A DNA stretch of 64,000 bases from a virus. The position numbers and the translations under genes were made by a program. Shown here piece after piece: positions 54,781-63,629 of the stretch. The DNA lies in IMG/VR virus record IMGVR_UViG_3300021404_000006, positions 1-64,000 of that record. One strand, given 5' to 3'. The notes under the pieces were generated by a model. It ran no database searches. It was not told where the DNA came from and saw only the letters and a list, made by a program, of their open reading frames with translations. The stretch's first letter is position 1; every line of letters begins with the position of its first letter.

Positions 54781-55638
54781 CTAATGACGGCCTCCGTAGT
54801 TCTTGTCCGGCTCGCAGTTCCTCATTAGTTCCCCCGGGGTGTCATGCCATTTGAAATTTGCGCCCAGGGACATAGTTATTGCTGCGTAGATAGTTTCCCG
54901 CACCAGAGTGTCCGGCACTGCGAGTGTCCTCGACAGGAATGCTGCTACGGGCTGCTCTGTATCGAGGAAAGTGCTTTCGTTGATGAGGAACAGAGACATA
55001 GACAAGGGATCTCCGACACGAAACGCGTCTTCTATGCATACGCCTGTTTCCTCCTCGAATATGCATCCTCCGGAGATAGGCATGGCAAGGTCAGTGATGC
55101 GTGCCCGCTCTACCCTGAATCCCTTGTCTCCGATAATGGCAGCGCCTGATCCCTCGATAACTCCTGACAGGGGAACTGTTACTTCGTAGCTGCCGTTACT
55201 GAATTTCTTCACCCATATCTTCTGGGCGTCGAATTCAGTCATGCTCTGCGCTTTCCAGTACGCCCAGAAACCGCAGCCGCAGCCCGGGTACGGGGGCCTG
55301 TGCACTTGCACCTGCGCGGGCAGAAGGTCTGAAGCCGGAGTTATTGCACAGCTGCGAGCACAGCTCGCCCCGTACCATCCGCTGTGCATGCGCTTGTACG
55401 ACCACCGGCCTCCGTACATTCCCTCTACGAATGCATGGCTCAGCCACGGGAGAACCGGAGCGGAATAGTAATTCCGCTTCTCGCCCCAGCCGCTGGCAAG
55501 CAGAGAGGTTCCGTAGTACCTTGTCACATCAGCCGGACAGCGCAGGGGAAGGCGCAGCGACCAGCTGCGGAACCCCCGCACGGTGCCCATGGCCGTGTCC
55601 CATTCTTCCGGGGCACCGCGCTCAGAGAAGCCTTCCAC
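54781..55638 (-). CDS. Hypothetical protein, CGCGFW family (paralog 2)
   Basis: GFRSW, HRPP..GCGCGFWAY, IIGDKGFR. Confidence 0.8.
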   Translation of the reverse strand: MEGFSERGAPEEWDTAMGTVRGFRSWSLRLPLRCPADVTRYYGTSLLASGWGEKRNYYSAPVLPWLSHAFVEGMYGGRWSYKRMHSGWYGASCARSCAITPASDLLPAQVQVHRPPYPGCGCGFWAYWKAQSMTEFDAQKIWVKKFSNGSYEVTVPLSGVIEGSGAAIIGDKGFRVERARITDLAMPISGGCIFEEETGVCIEDAFRVGDPLSMSLFLINESTFLDTEQPVAAFLSRTLAVPDTLVRETIYAAITMSLGANFKWHDTPGELMRNCEPDKNYGGRH

Positions 55639-55640
55639 GT

Positions 55641-55811
55641 CTACGCCGGAACAGGCTCGGCTGCGGGCTCCGCCTGGGGCAGCGGCTCTTCGACCGGGAA
55701 CTCTTCGGGCAGCGGCTCCAGGATGATCCTTTTGCGCTCCTTGCCGATGTCGCCGGCCCTAAGCTCACGGATCTCTTCTGCCGTGTACCACGGCTTCCAG
55801 CTCCAGGTCAT
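55641..55811 (-). CDS. Small Pro/Glu-rich protein (56 aa, not in ORF track)
   Basis: AAGGAGG RBS; MTWSWKPW...LEPLPEEFPVEEPLPQAEPAAEPVPA. Confidence 0.65.
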   Translation of the reverse strand: MTWSWKPWYTAEEIRELRAGDIGKERKRIILEPLPEEFPVEEPLPQAEPAAEPVPA

Positions 55812-55826
55812 TTAGTCCTCCTTGCG

Positions 55827-56340
55827 AGGTTTGCGTACCTTCTCACCGGGCTCCAACAACCCTACTGTTCCCTGTATTCCCCCGTACACTGAAGCTGTGA
55901 GCGAGAAGACCGTACGAACATGCACAGTACCTGGGTGCTCGCGCAAATATTTCTGCTCAGGCTACTGCTCCGGGCACTACGAACGCGTGCTGAGGACTGG
56001 GAACCCCGGTACCGCGCGGCTTCGCCGGTATGGAGGCAGTAAGACCGGCACCTGGAACGGCTACGTGCGAGTGTGGGACACCGAGACGAAGCAGCAGATG
56101 CCTGAACATCGTCTAGTAATGGAACATACGATCGGCCGAAGGCTCTTGCCTCATGAGACGGTGCACCACAAGAACGGAATCAGGACGGACAATCGTCCGG
56201 AGAACCTGGAGCTGTGGTCCAAGTCCCATCCCGCTGGCCAGCGTGTTGAAGACAAGATCTCTTGGTGCCGAGAATTCTTGGCGCAGTATGGCTACTCCGT
56301 ATCCTTAGGTTTGCGTACCTTCTCGCCGGGTTCCAACAGC
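55827..56340. mobile_element. HNH insertion bounded by 34-bp imperfect direct repeats
   Basis: AGGTTTGCGTACCTTCTC(A/G)CCGGG(C/T)TCCAACA at 55827 and 56307. Confidence 0.7.
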
Positions 56341-56421
56341 AAGTCTTCCGGGCCAATCCCCAGGGCGGTGTACAGCCTGCGGAACGAGGACTGGCCGGGA
56401 GACACGCGTCCCTGCTCGTAG
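55897..56421 (+). CDS. HNH homing endonuclease
   Basis: CTVPGC..YCSGHY, EHRLVME, VHHKNGIRTDNRPENLELW. Confidence 0.9.
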   Translation: MSEKTVRTCTVPGCSRKYFCSGYCSGHYERVLRTGNPGTARLRRYGGSKTGTWNGYVRVWDTETKQQMPEHRLVMEHTIGRRLLPHETVHHKNGIRTDNRPENLELWSKSHPAGQRVEDKISWCREFLAQYGYSVSLGLRTFSPGSNSKSSGPIPRAVYSLRNEDWPGDTRPCS

Positions 56422-56531
56422 GAACAGATCGAGTCATAGGACAGGCGCGTGGCCTCGGCCAGCTGAACGCGGTCCATTCCTCGCATGTGCCGCCAGTATC
56501 TGAGCTTTTCCGGGTAGATGCGAACTCCCAT
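56292..56531 (-). CDS. XRE-family HTH regulator
   Basis: LRYWR..RGM...LAEATRLS...SYEQG..SP...LYTALG. Confidence 0.85.
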   Translation of the reverse strand: MGVRIYPEKLRYWRHMRGMDRVQLAEATRLSYDSICSYEQGRVSPGQSSFRRLYTALGIGPEDLLLEPGEKVRKPKDTE

Positions 56532-56548
56532 GCTGTACTGTACCTCGC

Positions 56549-56899
56549 ATGAGCAGGAAGAAGCTGTTCTCCGTGACACTGGACGACTGTGAAATCCAGA
56601 CGTTCACCGCAGGAGGACCCGGCGGCCAGCACCAGAACACCAGCAACACCGCTGTCCGCATCGTCCACCGGGCAAGCGGAGCGGTAGGCACCTCGCGCAC
56701 AGAGCGGTCGCAGCTCCAGAACAAGAAGGCCGCGTTCCGGCGCATGACCGAGCACCCCAGGTTCAAGGTATGGCTGAACCGGGAGATCTTCCGCCTGGAC
56801 GGCAAGCCGTCTCCGGAAGAGCAGGCTGAGAAAGACATGGCTCCTGAAAACTTGCGGGTAGAAGTGAAATGCAAAGGCAAGTGGGCGGCAGCGGAATAG
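56549..56899 (+). CDS. Stand-alone RF-1 GGQ domain protein (peptidyl-tRNA hydrolase, ArfB/PrfH-like)
   Basis: GGPGGQHQN..NTAVRIVH..SG....RSQLQNK. Confidence 0.9.
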   Translation: MSRKKLFSVTLDDCEIQTFTAGGPGGQHQNTSNTAVRIVHRASGAVGTSRTERSQLQNKKAAFRRMTEHPRFKVWLNREIFRLDGKPSPEEQAEKDMAPENLRVEVKCKGKWAAAE

Positions 56900-57131
56900 A
56901 GGTAGACTTTCGCTATGGCCGTTTACTTCAGGGTGCATCCCGATAAGAACAACCGAGACATATTCGATTCCGATGGCAAGCTTTACGACGCTGATTTCAA
57001 CGAAGTAGAGCCCGAGGTGCTGCACAGCAACGACGTGCTGGTCACCGCCTCGCCGGAAGAGTTCGAGTCGATTCTCAGCAGCAGGCGGTAACAGCGGAAT
57101 AATATAGCAACGACAGGGAGTTACACCTCTC

Positions 57132-57314
57132 ATGACAGCAGCAGCGAAGCGAGCGCGCAAGAAGGCAAACAAGCTGAAGGGCTGGCCGGAGCAGGAACCG
57201 GCAGCGGAGGAAATAACCCCGCAGGTTAACGAGCCTGCGACTACGGAATCCGAGCACGCGGCGGCAGTGACCGCCCTGGCGGCAGCCAGGAAAATGAAGA
57301 AGACAGGTGAATGA
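57132..57314 (+). CDS. Hypothetical protein
   Basis: ORF coupled to next gene. Confidence 0.5.
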   Translation: MTAAAKRARKKANKLKGWPEQEPAAEEITPQVNEPATTESEHAAAVTALAAARKMKKTGE

Positions 57315-57760
57315 TGACGGTATTTCACGTGTCGCACCCGGTTGAGTGGACGGTAACCGGAGCCGGCAACAAGCTTCCCTCCGTACTGAAATGGAGTTCT
57401 GAGGACCCCCTCGCTGTCATGATCAGCTTCGGGGATGCAACCGGCGAAGTCAAGTGGACATTCGCCCGTGACCTGCTCGCAGACGTTATATCAGGCAAGT
57501 GCGATGCCGCAGGCGACGGCGACGTTCACGTGTCAAGGTCGGTTAACCACGGGCTGAGCGGACCTGGCAAGGCCCAGCTGATACTTGTCCTGTCAGTGAA
57601 TCACAAAGCGATGCTGCGCGCTGACCTGGAGCAGGTCAAGTTCTTCCTGGACAGCACCTTCATCTACTCTCCGTGGGGTGCGGAGATAGTAGACATCGAC
57701 ACTACCATCGTCAGGCTGCTGGACGGCGGATGGGAAAACGGGCGGGAAACCAGTGTCTGA
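57311..57760 (+). CDS. SsgA-like sporulation/cell-division protein (SALP)
   Basis: DPLAV.ISF, WTFARDLL, GDGDVHV, FLDST. Confidence 0.85.
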   Translation: MMTVFHVSHPVEWTVTGAGNKLPSVLKWSSEDPLAVMISFGDATGEVKWTFARDLLADVISGKCDAAGDGDVHVSRSVNHGLSGPGKAQLILVLSVNHKAMLRADLEQVKFFLDSTFIYSPWGAEIVDIDTTIVRLLDGGWENGRETSV

Positions 57761-58463
57761 TCCTGTATTCAGGTCTGACATGGTGGTAGAGCTAGTTGAC
57801 CACATGGGCGACGACCGGCGTGTCGTCCAAGCAGCCCGCGTCTCTACCGGCAGCGACCTCCAGATCCCCGAAGTAGCCTTCGAAACCGTGGCCGGCCTGA
57901 TCAGGTACCTGATAAAGCACAGGCACGGCACGCCATTCGAGCACAACGCCTTCACCTTCCGCGTAGAGGCTCCGATCTTCGTCGCCCGCGAGTTCATGCG
58001 TCACCGCATCGCCAGCTACAACGAGGAATCCGGCCGCTACACGCAGCTCGATCCTGTCTTCTGGCATCCAGCTCCGTCTCGCCCGCTAGTGCAGGAAGGC
58101 AAGCCCGGCCACTACATCATGAAGCCTGGCACGATGAAGCAGTACAGAATCACGATCGCTTCTATCAAGAACGCCTGCAACGTCTGCTATACCGCCTACG
58201 AAGTAATGCTGGAAGCGGGCATTGCCCGCGAAGTGGCGCGTACCGTCCTGCCAGTCGGCATCTACACCTCGTTCTACGTGACAGAGAACGCACGGGCACT
58301 GATGAATTTTCTCTCTCTGCGCATCGATGACCCGGACAATGCGTACGAAACAAAGCCGCAGTACGAAATCCAGCAGGTAGCCCTCGATATCCAGGATCAT
58401 TTCAGCAGGCGCATGCCGGTGACGTACAAAGCATTCGATGAGAACGGACGGGTTGCCCCGTGA
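57753..58463 (+). CDS. thyX: FAD-dependent thymidylate synthase
   Basis: AARVS, HGTPFEH, REFMRHRIASYNEESGRY, ARTVLP. Confidence 0.96.
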   Translation: MSDPVFRSDMVVELVDHMGDDRRVVQAARVSTGSDLQIPEVAFETVAGLIRYLIKHRHGTPFEHNAFTFRVEAPIFVAREFMRHRIASYNEESGRYTQLDPVFWHPAPSRPLVQEGKPGHYIMKPGTMKQYRITIASIKNACNVCYTAYEVMLEAGIAREVARTVLPVGIYTSFYVTENARALMNFLSLRIDDPDNAYETKPQYEIQQVALDIQDHFSRRMPVTYKAFDENGRVAP

Positions 58464-58717
58464 GCCTATACCTGGAAGTAGCCGCCGGGGAAATACATCT
58501 AGAAGGCTCTGAGAACGAAGAAGAAATAGCAGAACTGGTAATTGCCCTTATCTGCGGCCACGGCAACGACTGGGTACGCCTGCGTACTTCTCGCCACGAG
58601 AACTGGTCTACTGAGTGGACCGTACTGGAGCGCAGTTCCAGCGATGTACCGACACAGATAGGCTGCCGGGAATTCGACGGGGAAATGGAAGTAATTTCCC
58701 CCGAAGTGGTGATCTGA
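58460..58717 (+). CDS. Hypothetical protein
   Basis: Coupled ORF. Confidence 0.55.
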   Translation: MSLYLEVAAGEIHLEGSENEEEIAELVIALICGHGNDWVRLRTSRHENWSTEWTVLERSSSDVPTQIGCREFDGEMEVISPEVVI

Positions 58718-58977
58718 TGGCCGGCAGCTGGGGTCACATGACCAACGACGACGGTACGCCTTACGGCACGCCTTACGAGGACTTCGGTGCCGGGTCGATG
58801 CTGGAGAACAACGACGACTACTTCGAGGCACTGGCCCAGTGCTATGGCATGGTATGGATGCTGGCGCACTGGCTACTGCCCGCAAAAGCTACCCGGGAAG
58901 ACGCCCTTGCCCTTATCGCCCAGGCTCAGGAAGAATACGAGACCGGGATAAGCCTGGGAAAGAAGACTGACTGGTGA
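58717..58977 (+). CDS. Hypothetical protein
   Basis: TGATG coupling; MAGSWGH start. Confidence 0.6.
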   Translation: MAGSWGHMTNDDGTPYGTPYEDFGAGSMLENNDDYFEALAQCYGMVWMLAHWLLPAKATREDALALIAQAQEEYETGISLGKKTDW

Positions 58978-59154
58978 ATCACATCTGGAAATGCGAACTG
59001 TGCGGCGATTCTCACACAGCAGACAAGATCCTGAATCACCTGCGCCTTATGCACCCGGACAAAGACGCGGCTCCTGAATTCTGGCCTGACGGTGATCCCG
59101 TGATACTGGAAGACGCGGACGAGTTCTTCCTCTGAGCTGGTAAACTAGGTTAGT

Positions 59155-59475
59155 ATGTCCCGTACTCATCATGCTACCTGCGCATTCCGTCTTAGCTGCG
59201 GGTGCATCGCAGAGTACAATTCTTTCCCTGAGGCCCGGCAGCCTACCGTACTGTGCGGAAACTGCGGGAGGTCAGCCACGATCGACTTCCGCTACCCGGA
59301 CGACAGCGAATCCTGCCACGTTACCTGCCGGGCTGACAGGCCGGGGGGAGGAAGCGTCAGGGTGCGCTGCGGCAAGAGCAAAAGTCATAAAGGCAGCAAG
59401 CACTACGATCCCTCTGTTAGGCTGTCGTTTATCCTGCCAGCTAAGCTGAAGTCGGGAAGGACCGGGAACACGTGA
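59155..59475 (+). CDS. Cys/His-rich hypothetical protein
   Basis: LSCGC, CGNC, C...H..SKH. Confidence 0.6.
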   Translation: MSRTHHATCAFRLSCGCIAEYNSFPEARQPTVLCGNCGRSATIDFRYPDDSESCHVTCRADRPGGGSVRVRCGKSKSHKGSKHYDPSVRLSFILPAKLKSGRTGNT

Positions 59476-59638
59476 ACGAAGACCGGGACGGCGAGATCGC
59501 GATATGGGCGCTGGGCAGGTGGGAGTTTTTCGTACGTGACGGCAAGGGCTGCCCTGTCTGCGGGGCTATCGGAGAAGGACGCCACGGAACCTCGTGCCCC
59601 CACTGGAAGAAGCAGTTCAGGAAGAACGGCAAGGAACT

Positions 59639-59842
59639 ATGAAACTCGGGCCTACTGACTACAACCGCGCTTCCCGTGACCTCGCAGTACGGACGTGGCT
59701 AACGGGCTGTTCGAAGAGAATCCGCTGGTGGACTAGCCAGACATGGAAAATGATTTACCTGCGGGACGCCTACGATCACGGCTACATTCACGGGTACACC
59801 GACAGGGGAGAAGATGATGCCCAGGGTCCTGATCGCATGTGA
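59639..59842 (+). CDS. Hypothetical protein
   Basis: AYDHGYIHGY motif. Confidence 0.45.
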   Translation: MKLGPTDYNRASRDLAVRTWLTGCSKRIRWWTSQTWKMIYLRDAYDHGYIHGYTDRGEDDAQGPDRM

Positions 59843-60551
59843 GATGTCTGGCCGGGTACGCACGCAGTTCGCGCTTCGAGGATGGGACGCCTGGTCGGCT
59901 GACCTGTTGCCTGACGAGTCCGAGATGTGGACAGGCGTACCGCAGGGCAGGTTCAACCGCCATTACCAGGGCGACGTACTCACCATCATCAGGGACGACT
60001 GGGATCTGATCATCGCCCACCCGCCATGCGATCACCTTGGCCAGGTAGGCGCGCGGTACTGGAAAGAGAAACAGGCGGACGGACGCCAGCAGACAGCCGC
60101 CAAGTTCTTCAAGAAGATGATCGAACTCCCCTGCCCTAAAACCTACGTAGTAGTAGAGAATCCGCGTGGCATTATGTCCCAGTGGCGTGAGCCTGACCAG
60201 AAAGTCCAGCCCTGGTGGTTCGGTGACCCGCTGAAAAAAGAGACGTGCCTGTGGTACCGGGGTGCGTGGGGTCCTTCCCGGCCGATGCTGCGTGACTACG
60301 TATACGATGAGCTGCCCCACCTGGTGGCCACTCACACCCTGGCTGACTACCCGGACGGGGTGGGGCGCACGTGCACGGGCGGAGGGAGCTGGCGGACGGA
60401 CACGAAGAACGGCCTGACCGGCATGAACAAGAACTGGGAAGACAGCCAGGGACGGGCGCGGAGGCGTATACTGAGGTCCATCACACCAGAGGGATTCGCC
60501 CGAGCGGCAGCAGAACAGTGGGGTAGCTATGTTGAGGCCCGTCGCCCCTGA
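59814..60551 (+). CDS. Phage DNA cytosine methyltransferase-like protein
   Basis: VLIACEMSG, WDLIIAHPPC, VENP, QPWWFG..KETCLW, RSIT..GFARA. Confidence 0.8.
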   Translation: MMPRVLIACEMSGRVRTQFALRGWDAWSADLLPDESEMWTGVPQGRFNRHYQGDVLTIIRDDWDLIIAHPPCDHLGQVGARYWKEKQADGRQQTAAKFFKKMIELPCPKTYVVVENPRGIMSQWREPDQKVQPWWFGDPLKKETCLWYRGAWGPSRPMLRDYVYDELPHLVATHTLADYPDGVGRTCTGGGSWRTDTKNGLTGMNKNWEDSQGRARRRILRSITPEGFARAAAEQWGSYVEARRP

Positions 60552-60783
60552 CCCTGACCTGATCGAGTGGCTGTGGTCTGCCGAGGGCAGGCTCTGGCAC
60601 CGTGAGGCCATCAGGAGGGTAGCCCATGCGCACGGGTGGTTCGCTGAAGTCAAAGAGGACCACGAGTGCTACGCGGACGACTGCGAGCCGTACCCCTTCA
60701 TTCCTCACGCTGACGGCATTATCGCATCCGATCTCAAAGCCTACGGAATCTCGGGTGTCCCGGTGGAATGGAAGCTGCACTAG
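60529..60783 (+). CDS. Hypothetical protein
   Basis: ORF in operon. Confidence 0.5.
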   Translation: MLRPVAPDPDLIEWLWSAEGRLWHREAIRRVAHAHGWFAEVKEDHECYADDCEPYPFIPHADGIIASDLKAYGISGVPVEWKLH

Positions 60784-60800
60784 GAGCGTTGCAAGAAAGT

Positions 60801-61280
60801 ATGACGATGAACTACTACCTCGCCTGGCTCCATTTCGACTCTCGTGGAAGGATGAGCACGCGCCTGCCTGACGGGCACCGTGTCCTCCACGTCCTGCACA
60901 ACTCAGGCAGCAACCGGCATCCCCCGGCGCTGTGGGTCCTCGTGGAGGCAGTCGTGGCCACTCCGTCCTACACACCGCCGGCGGGCTTCCCTTCCTCTGA
61001 GGAGGTACCTGTCGAGTACCGCACCCCTACCCAGCCCCCGTCCCAGTCAATGCCGATGTCAGCAGTACCGGCTCCCGTGCCCACGCGAGACTACCGGGGC
61101 GACACAGGAGAGTTCACTTACCGCGAGTCTGACTACCGTGAGCAGGACTACCGCGAGCACACGGACGCCGGCCAGAACGGGCGCACCCGGTACCCGGAAC
61201 TCTCCCCGGAAGCACGCGACGACGACTACCGCCAGAACTACGTCCCGGGGATTCCGATGTCCCCTGCTAGCAGGGGGTAA
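60801..61280 (+). CDS. Pro-rich hypothetical protein
   Basis: ORF with (D/E)YR repeats. Confidence 0.55.
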   Translation: MTMNYYLAWLHFDSRGRMSTRLPDGHRVLHVLHNSGSNRHPPALWVLVEAVVATPSYTPPAGFPSSEEVPVEYRTPTQPPSQSMPMSAVPAPVPTRDYRGDTGEFTYRESDYREQDYREHTDAGQNGRTRYPELSPEARDDDYRQNYVPGIPMSPASRG

Positions 61281-61283
61281 ACC

Positions 61284-61580
61284 GTGTTCACCAAGGTCCA
61301 TCCGGTAACCAGCATCGATGACGCCCTGACTCAGCTAGACACCCGTGTTCCGCTGCTTCACTCAGAGCTGGTGCTGATCGTGCAGAGCCTGTACGACCTG
61401 GCATTCCGCGAGGGTGCCCGTCAGGGGCGGCAGGCCGGGGTCGAAGCCATGCAGAATGCCGGGCGCGAGCAGGAAGACCCCGGTCTGCTGGTGGACCCCG
61501 GCCTGTCGTACCGAGACCCCACCACAATTATCCGCGAGCGCCTGGCAGCCACCGAACGCGCAAGGAACGGCAAATCCTGA
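61284..61580 (+). CDS. Hypothetical protein
   Basis: ORF in operon. Confidence 0.55.
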   Translation: MFTKVHPVTSIDDALTQLDTRVPLLHSELVLIVQSLYDLAFREGARQGRQAGVEAMQNAGREQEDPGLLVDPGLSYRDPTTIIRERLAATERARNGKS

Positions 61581-61581
61581 G

Positions 61582-62037
61582 GTGACCTACTACCTGGGTG
61601 TCGATCCCGGCCCGAGCACAGGCATTGCCCTGCTGAACCTGGAAGACGGCTGCTCGCCGGAGTGGACCGTCTTCCAGGTTAACGGGGCCGGCGCACCCTG
61701 GCTGCTGACTGAGCTTTGCCGGGCCTTCTGCCCCCGGGCGGTGTCCTACGAGGAATTCGTGGCGTCCAACCGGGCGGGAACCAAAGGGAAAGCAGCCCAG
61801 GAGACACGAAGAATCGCTGACCAGGTTGAACCGATCGCCAGAGCGAACTGCCGCCGCAGTACTCCTGTTTACGTAGTTGCGCGCAGGGCTACCGATGTAT
61901 TTGGCTGGGCTACTGAGAAGCGGCTGGAGAAATCGGGGTTCCCGCTCGGGCCGAAGTTCAGGGACGCACGAGCCGCAGGCAAGCACGTGCTGTACCTTGC
62001 AGTGCGAGACGGAAAGGAGCGAGATCCGCTGGCGTGA
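61582..62037 (+). CDS. RuvC-like Holliday junction resolvase
   Basis: YLGVDPGPSTG, VSYEEF, RDARAA.KH. Confidence 0.8.
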   Translation: MTYYLGVDPGPSTGIALLNLEDGCSPEWTVFQVNGAGAPWLLTELCRAFCPRAVSYEEFVASNRAGTKGKAAQETRRIADQVEPIARANCRRSTPVYVVARRATDVFGWATEKRLEKSGFPLGPKFRDARAAGKHVLYLAVRDGKERDPLA

Positions 62038-62261
62038 ACAACGAAGTTAATACCTGCTGCCCCGTCTGCGGTACCTGGTTTTACCGTGCGCCTGGTTCAC
62101 GGCAAAAGTACGACAAGCCGCTATGCCGGAAAATAGGGTTGAACAAAGCTGCGCGAATCCGGCGAAAGAAGGCCAGTACACGCCGGCTCTCCTAATGACG
62201 ACAACGGTCCTGTCTCGTAGACTGAAGAAGATATCTATGTCTACAGCAAGGAGGCAGGCTG

Positions 62262-62897
62262 GTGGACCCGGCAACCATTTCGGCAGTCATCCTTGCAGTC
62301 GCTACGATTATAGGCTTGGTAGTCGCTTATATCCAGTGGCGCGAAAATCACAGCGACCGGATCAGCGGAAAGCTCAGTCATACGGTAAAGACTATTATCC
62401 AGCAGGAAAGCGAGCCTATTAAAGCCGCTGTCAGCGATCATTCGGTCAGGCTTACCCAGACGGGCGACAGGCTGAACAGGATCGAAGAACTGCTGAAGGA
62501 TATTGCCCAGGATCAGCGCCAGTCTAATGACACTGTTACCAAGATGGGCGTAAAAGTAGACATGTACTGGGCTAGCCTGGAGGCACTGGCTATGAACTCA
62601 GCGAAGGGGCTGCACCAGCCTGATCCCCGCCGTCAGCGCATTGACGACCTGCTAGAAGCGTTCATGGAAGGCGTGCTTACCGACAGCGAGCGCATTGAAC
62701 TGAAGAAAATCCTGGTGCAGATCCGCAATTACGAGCCAGAAGGCCCAGACCTTGAATTTCCCGTGTACCCTGGCGAGCATACCCTTGCTGCTATCCTCCT
62801 TAGTACAATAGATATGGTAGATCCTGCTAGGATAGCATTGCTCGGACACGCTGCGCACAGGTCGGTTGCGCACAAGCTAAAAAGGGAGGGTAAGTAA
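62262..62897 (+). CDS. Membrane-anchored coiled-coil protein (possible lysis-region gene)
   Basis: N-terminal TM helix then coiled coil. Confidence 0.7.
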   Translation: MDPATISAVILAVATIIGLVVAYIQWRENHSDRISGKLSHTVKTIIQQESEPIKAAVSDHSVRLTQTGDRLNRIEELLKDIAQDQRQSNDTVTKMGVKVDMYWASLEALAMNSAKGLHQPDPRRQRIDDLLEAFMEGVLTDSERIELKKILVQIRNYEPEGPDLEFPVYPGEHTLAAILLSTIDMVDPARIALLGHAAHRSVAHKLKREGK

Positions 62898-63259
62898 TGA
62901 GTAATCCAGAAGCGAATTTCATGCTTGCCGCTGAAAAGGCAATAGCCGATCTTCAGGATGAAGTTAAGAAAGGCCGTACTGCGGCGCGCAGGAAAACAGC
63001 ATGGAATATAATTCTCAGCATCGTTGCCGCAGCTACCATCCTGCTCGGCCTTCAGCTCCACCAGCAGGCAGTTTCCTCGTGTCAGGCTGGCAATGACCGG
63101 GCAACGGGCACGATTGTGACGATAGACAGGCTGACATTTCTTCTCGAAGGCCCGCATCCTAGTGCGAAGGTACAGAAAGCAGCCGCTGAGTACGAAGCTT
63201 ACGTAGCCCAGCACAATGCCCCCCGAAACTGCACGCAGGCCTATCACATCATCCCGTAA
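62897..63259 (+). CDS. Membrane protein
   Basis: Single TM, two Cys; TAATG coupling. Confidence 0.7.
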   Translation: MSNPEANFMLAAEKAIADLQDEVKKGRTAARRKTAWNIILSIVAAATILLGLQLHQQAVSSCQAGNDRATGTIVTIDRLTFLLEGPHPSAKVQKAAAEYEAYVAQHNAPRNCTQAYHIIP

Positions 63260-63296
63260 ACCCGGCTGATAGAATTCCCAAGGGGAGGAGGTAAGC

Positions 63297-63629
63297 ATGG
63301 AGGAAAACAAGAACACTGACGGCACGGTGATGAGCAAGCTAAAGCCGATCGTGACCATGCTTACCGAAGCCCTGATCAAGGACTTCGCTCCTGCGTACCG
63401 TAAAGCAGAAGAAGCAGAACTGTGGATTCGCACGGCTGAGGACAACACAGAAGCCGTGGTTACCGCAGAACAGCTTCAGAAAGACGTGGAGACCTGGCTG
63501 CTGGGACTGGAAGCCGAAATGGAAAACGACTCTGACCGTCAGTACGCCAAGATGGTCACGAACATGATCCGCAAGAACCCCGGCTGGGTAAAGCTGCTAA
63601 CCAACCGGGTTAAGCGCAGGATCTCATGA
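63297..63629 (+). CDS. Hypothetical protein
   Basis: Strong RBS GGAGGAGG. Confidence 0.7.
   Translation: MEENKNTDGTVMSKLKPIVTMLTEALIKDFAPAYRKAEEAELWIRTAEDNTEAVVTAEQLQKDVETWLLGLEAEMENDSDRQYAKMVTNMIRKNPGWVKLLTNRVKRRIS

Noticed and set aside
56180-57337. 385-aa minus-strand ORF
   Set aside because: Overlaps several better-supported genes (HNH, XRE, GGQ protein) and has no recognisable motif
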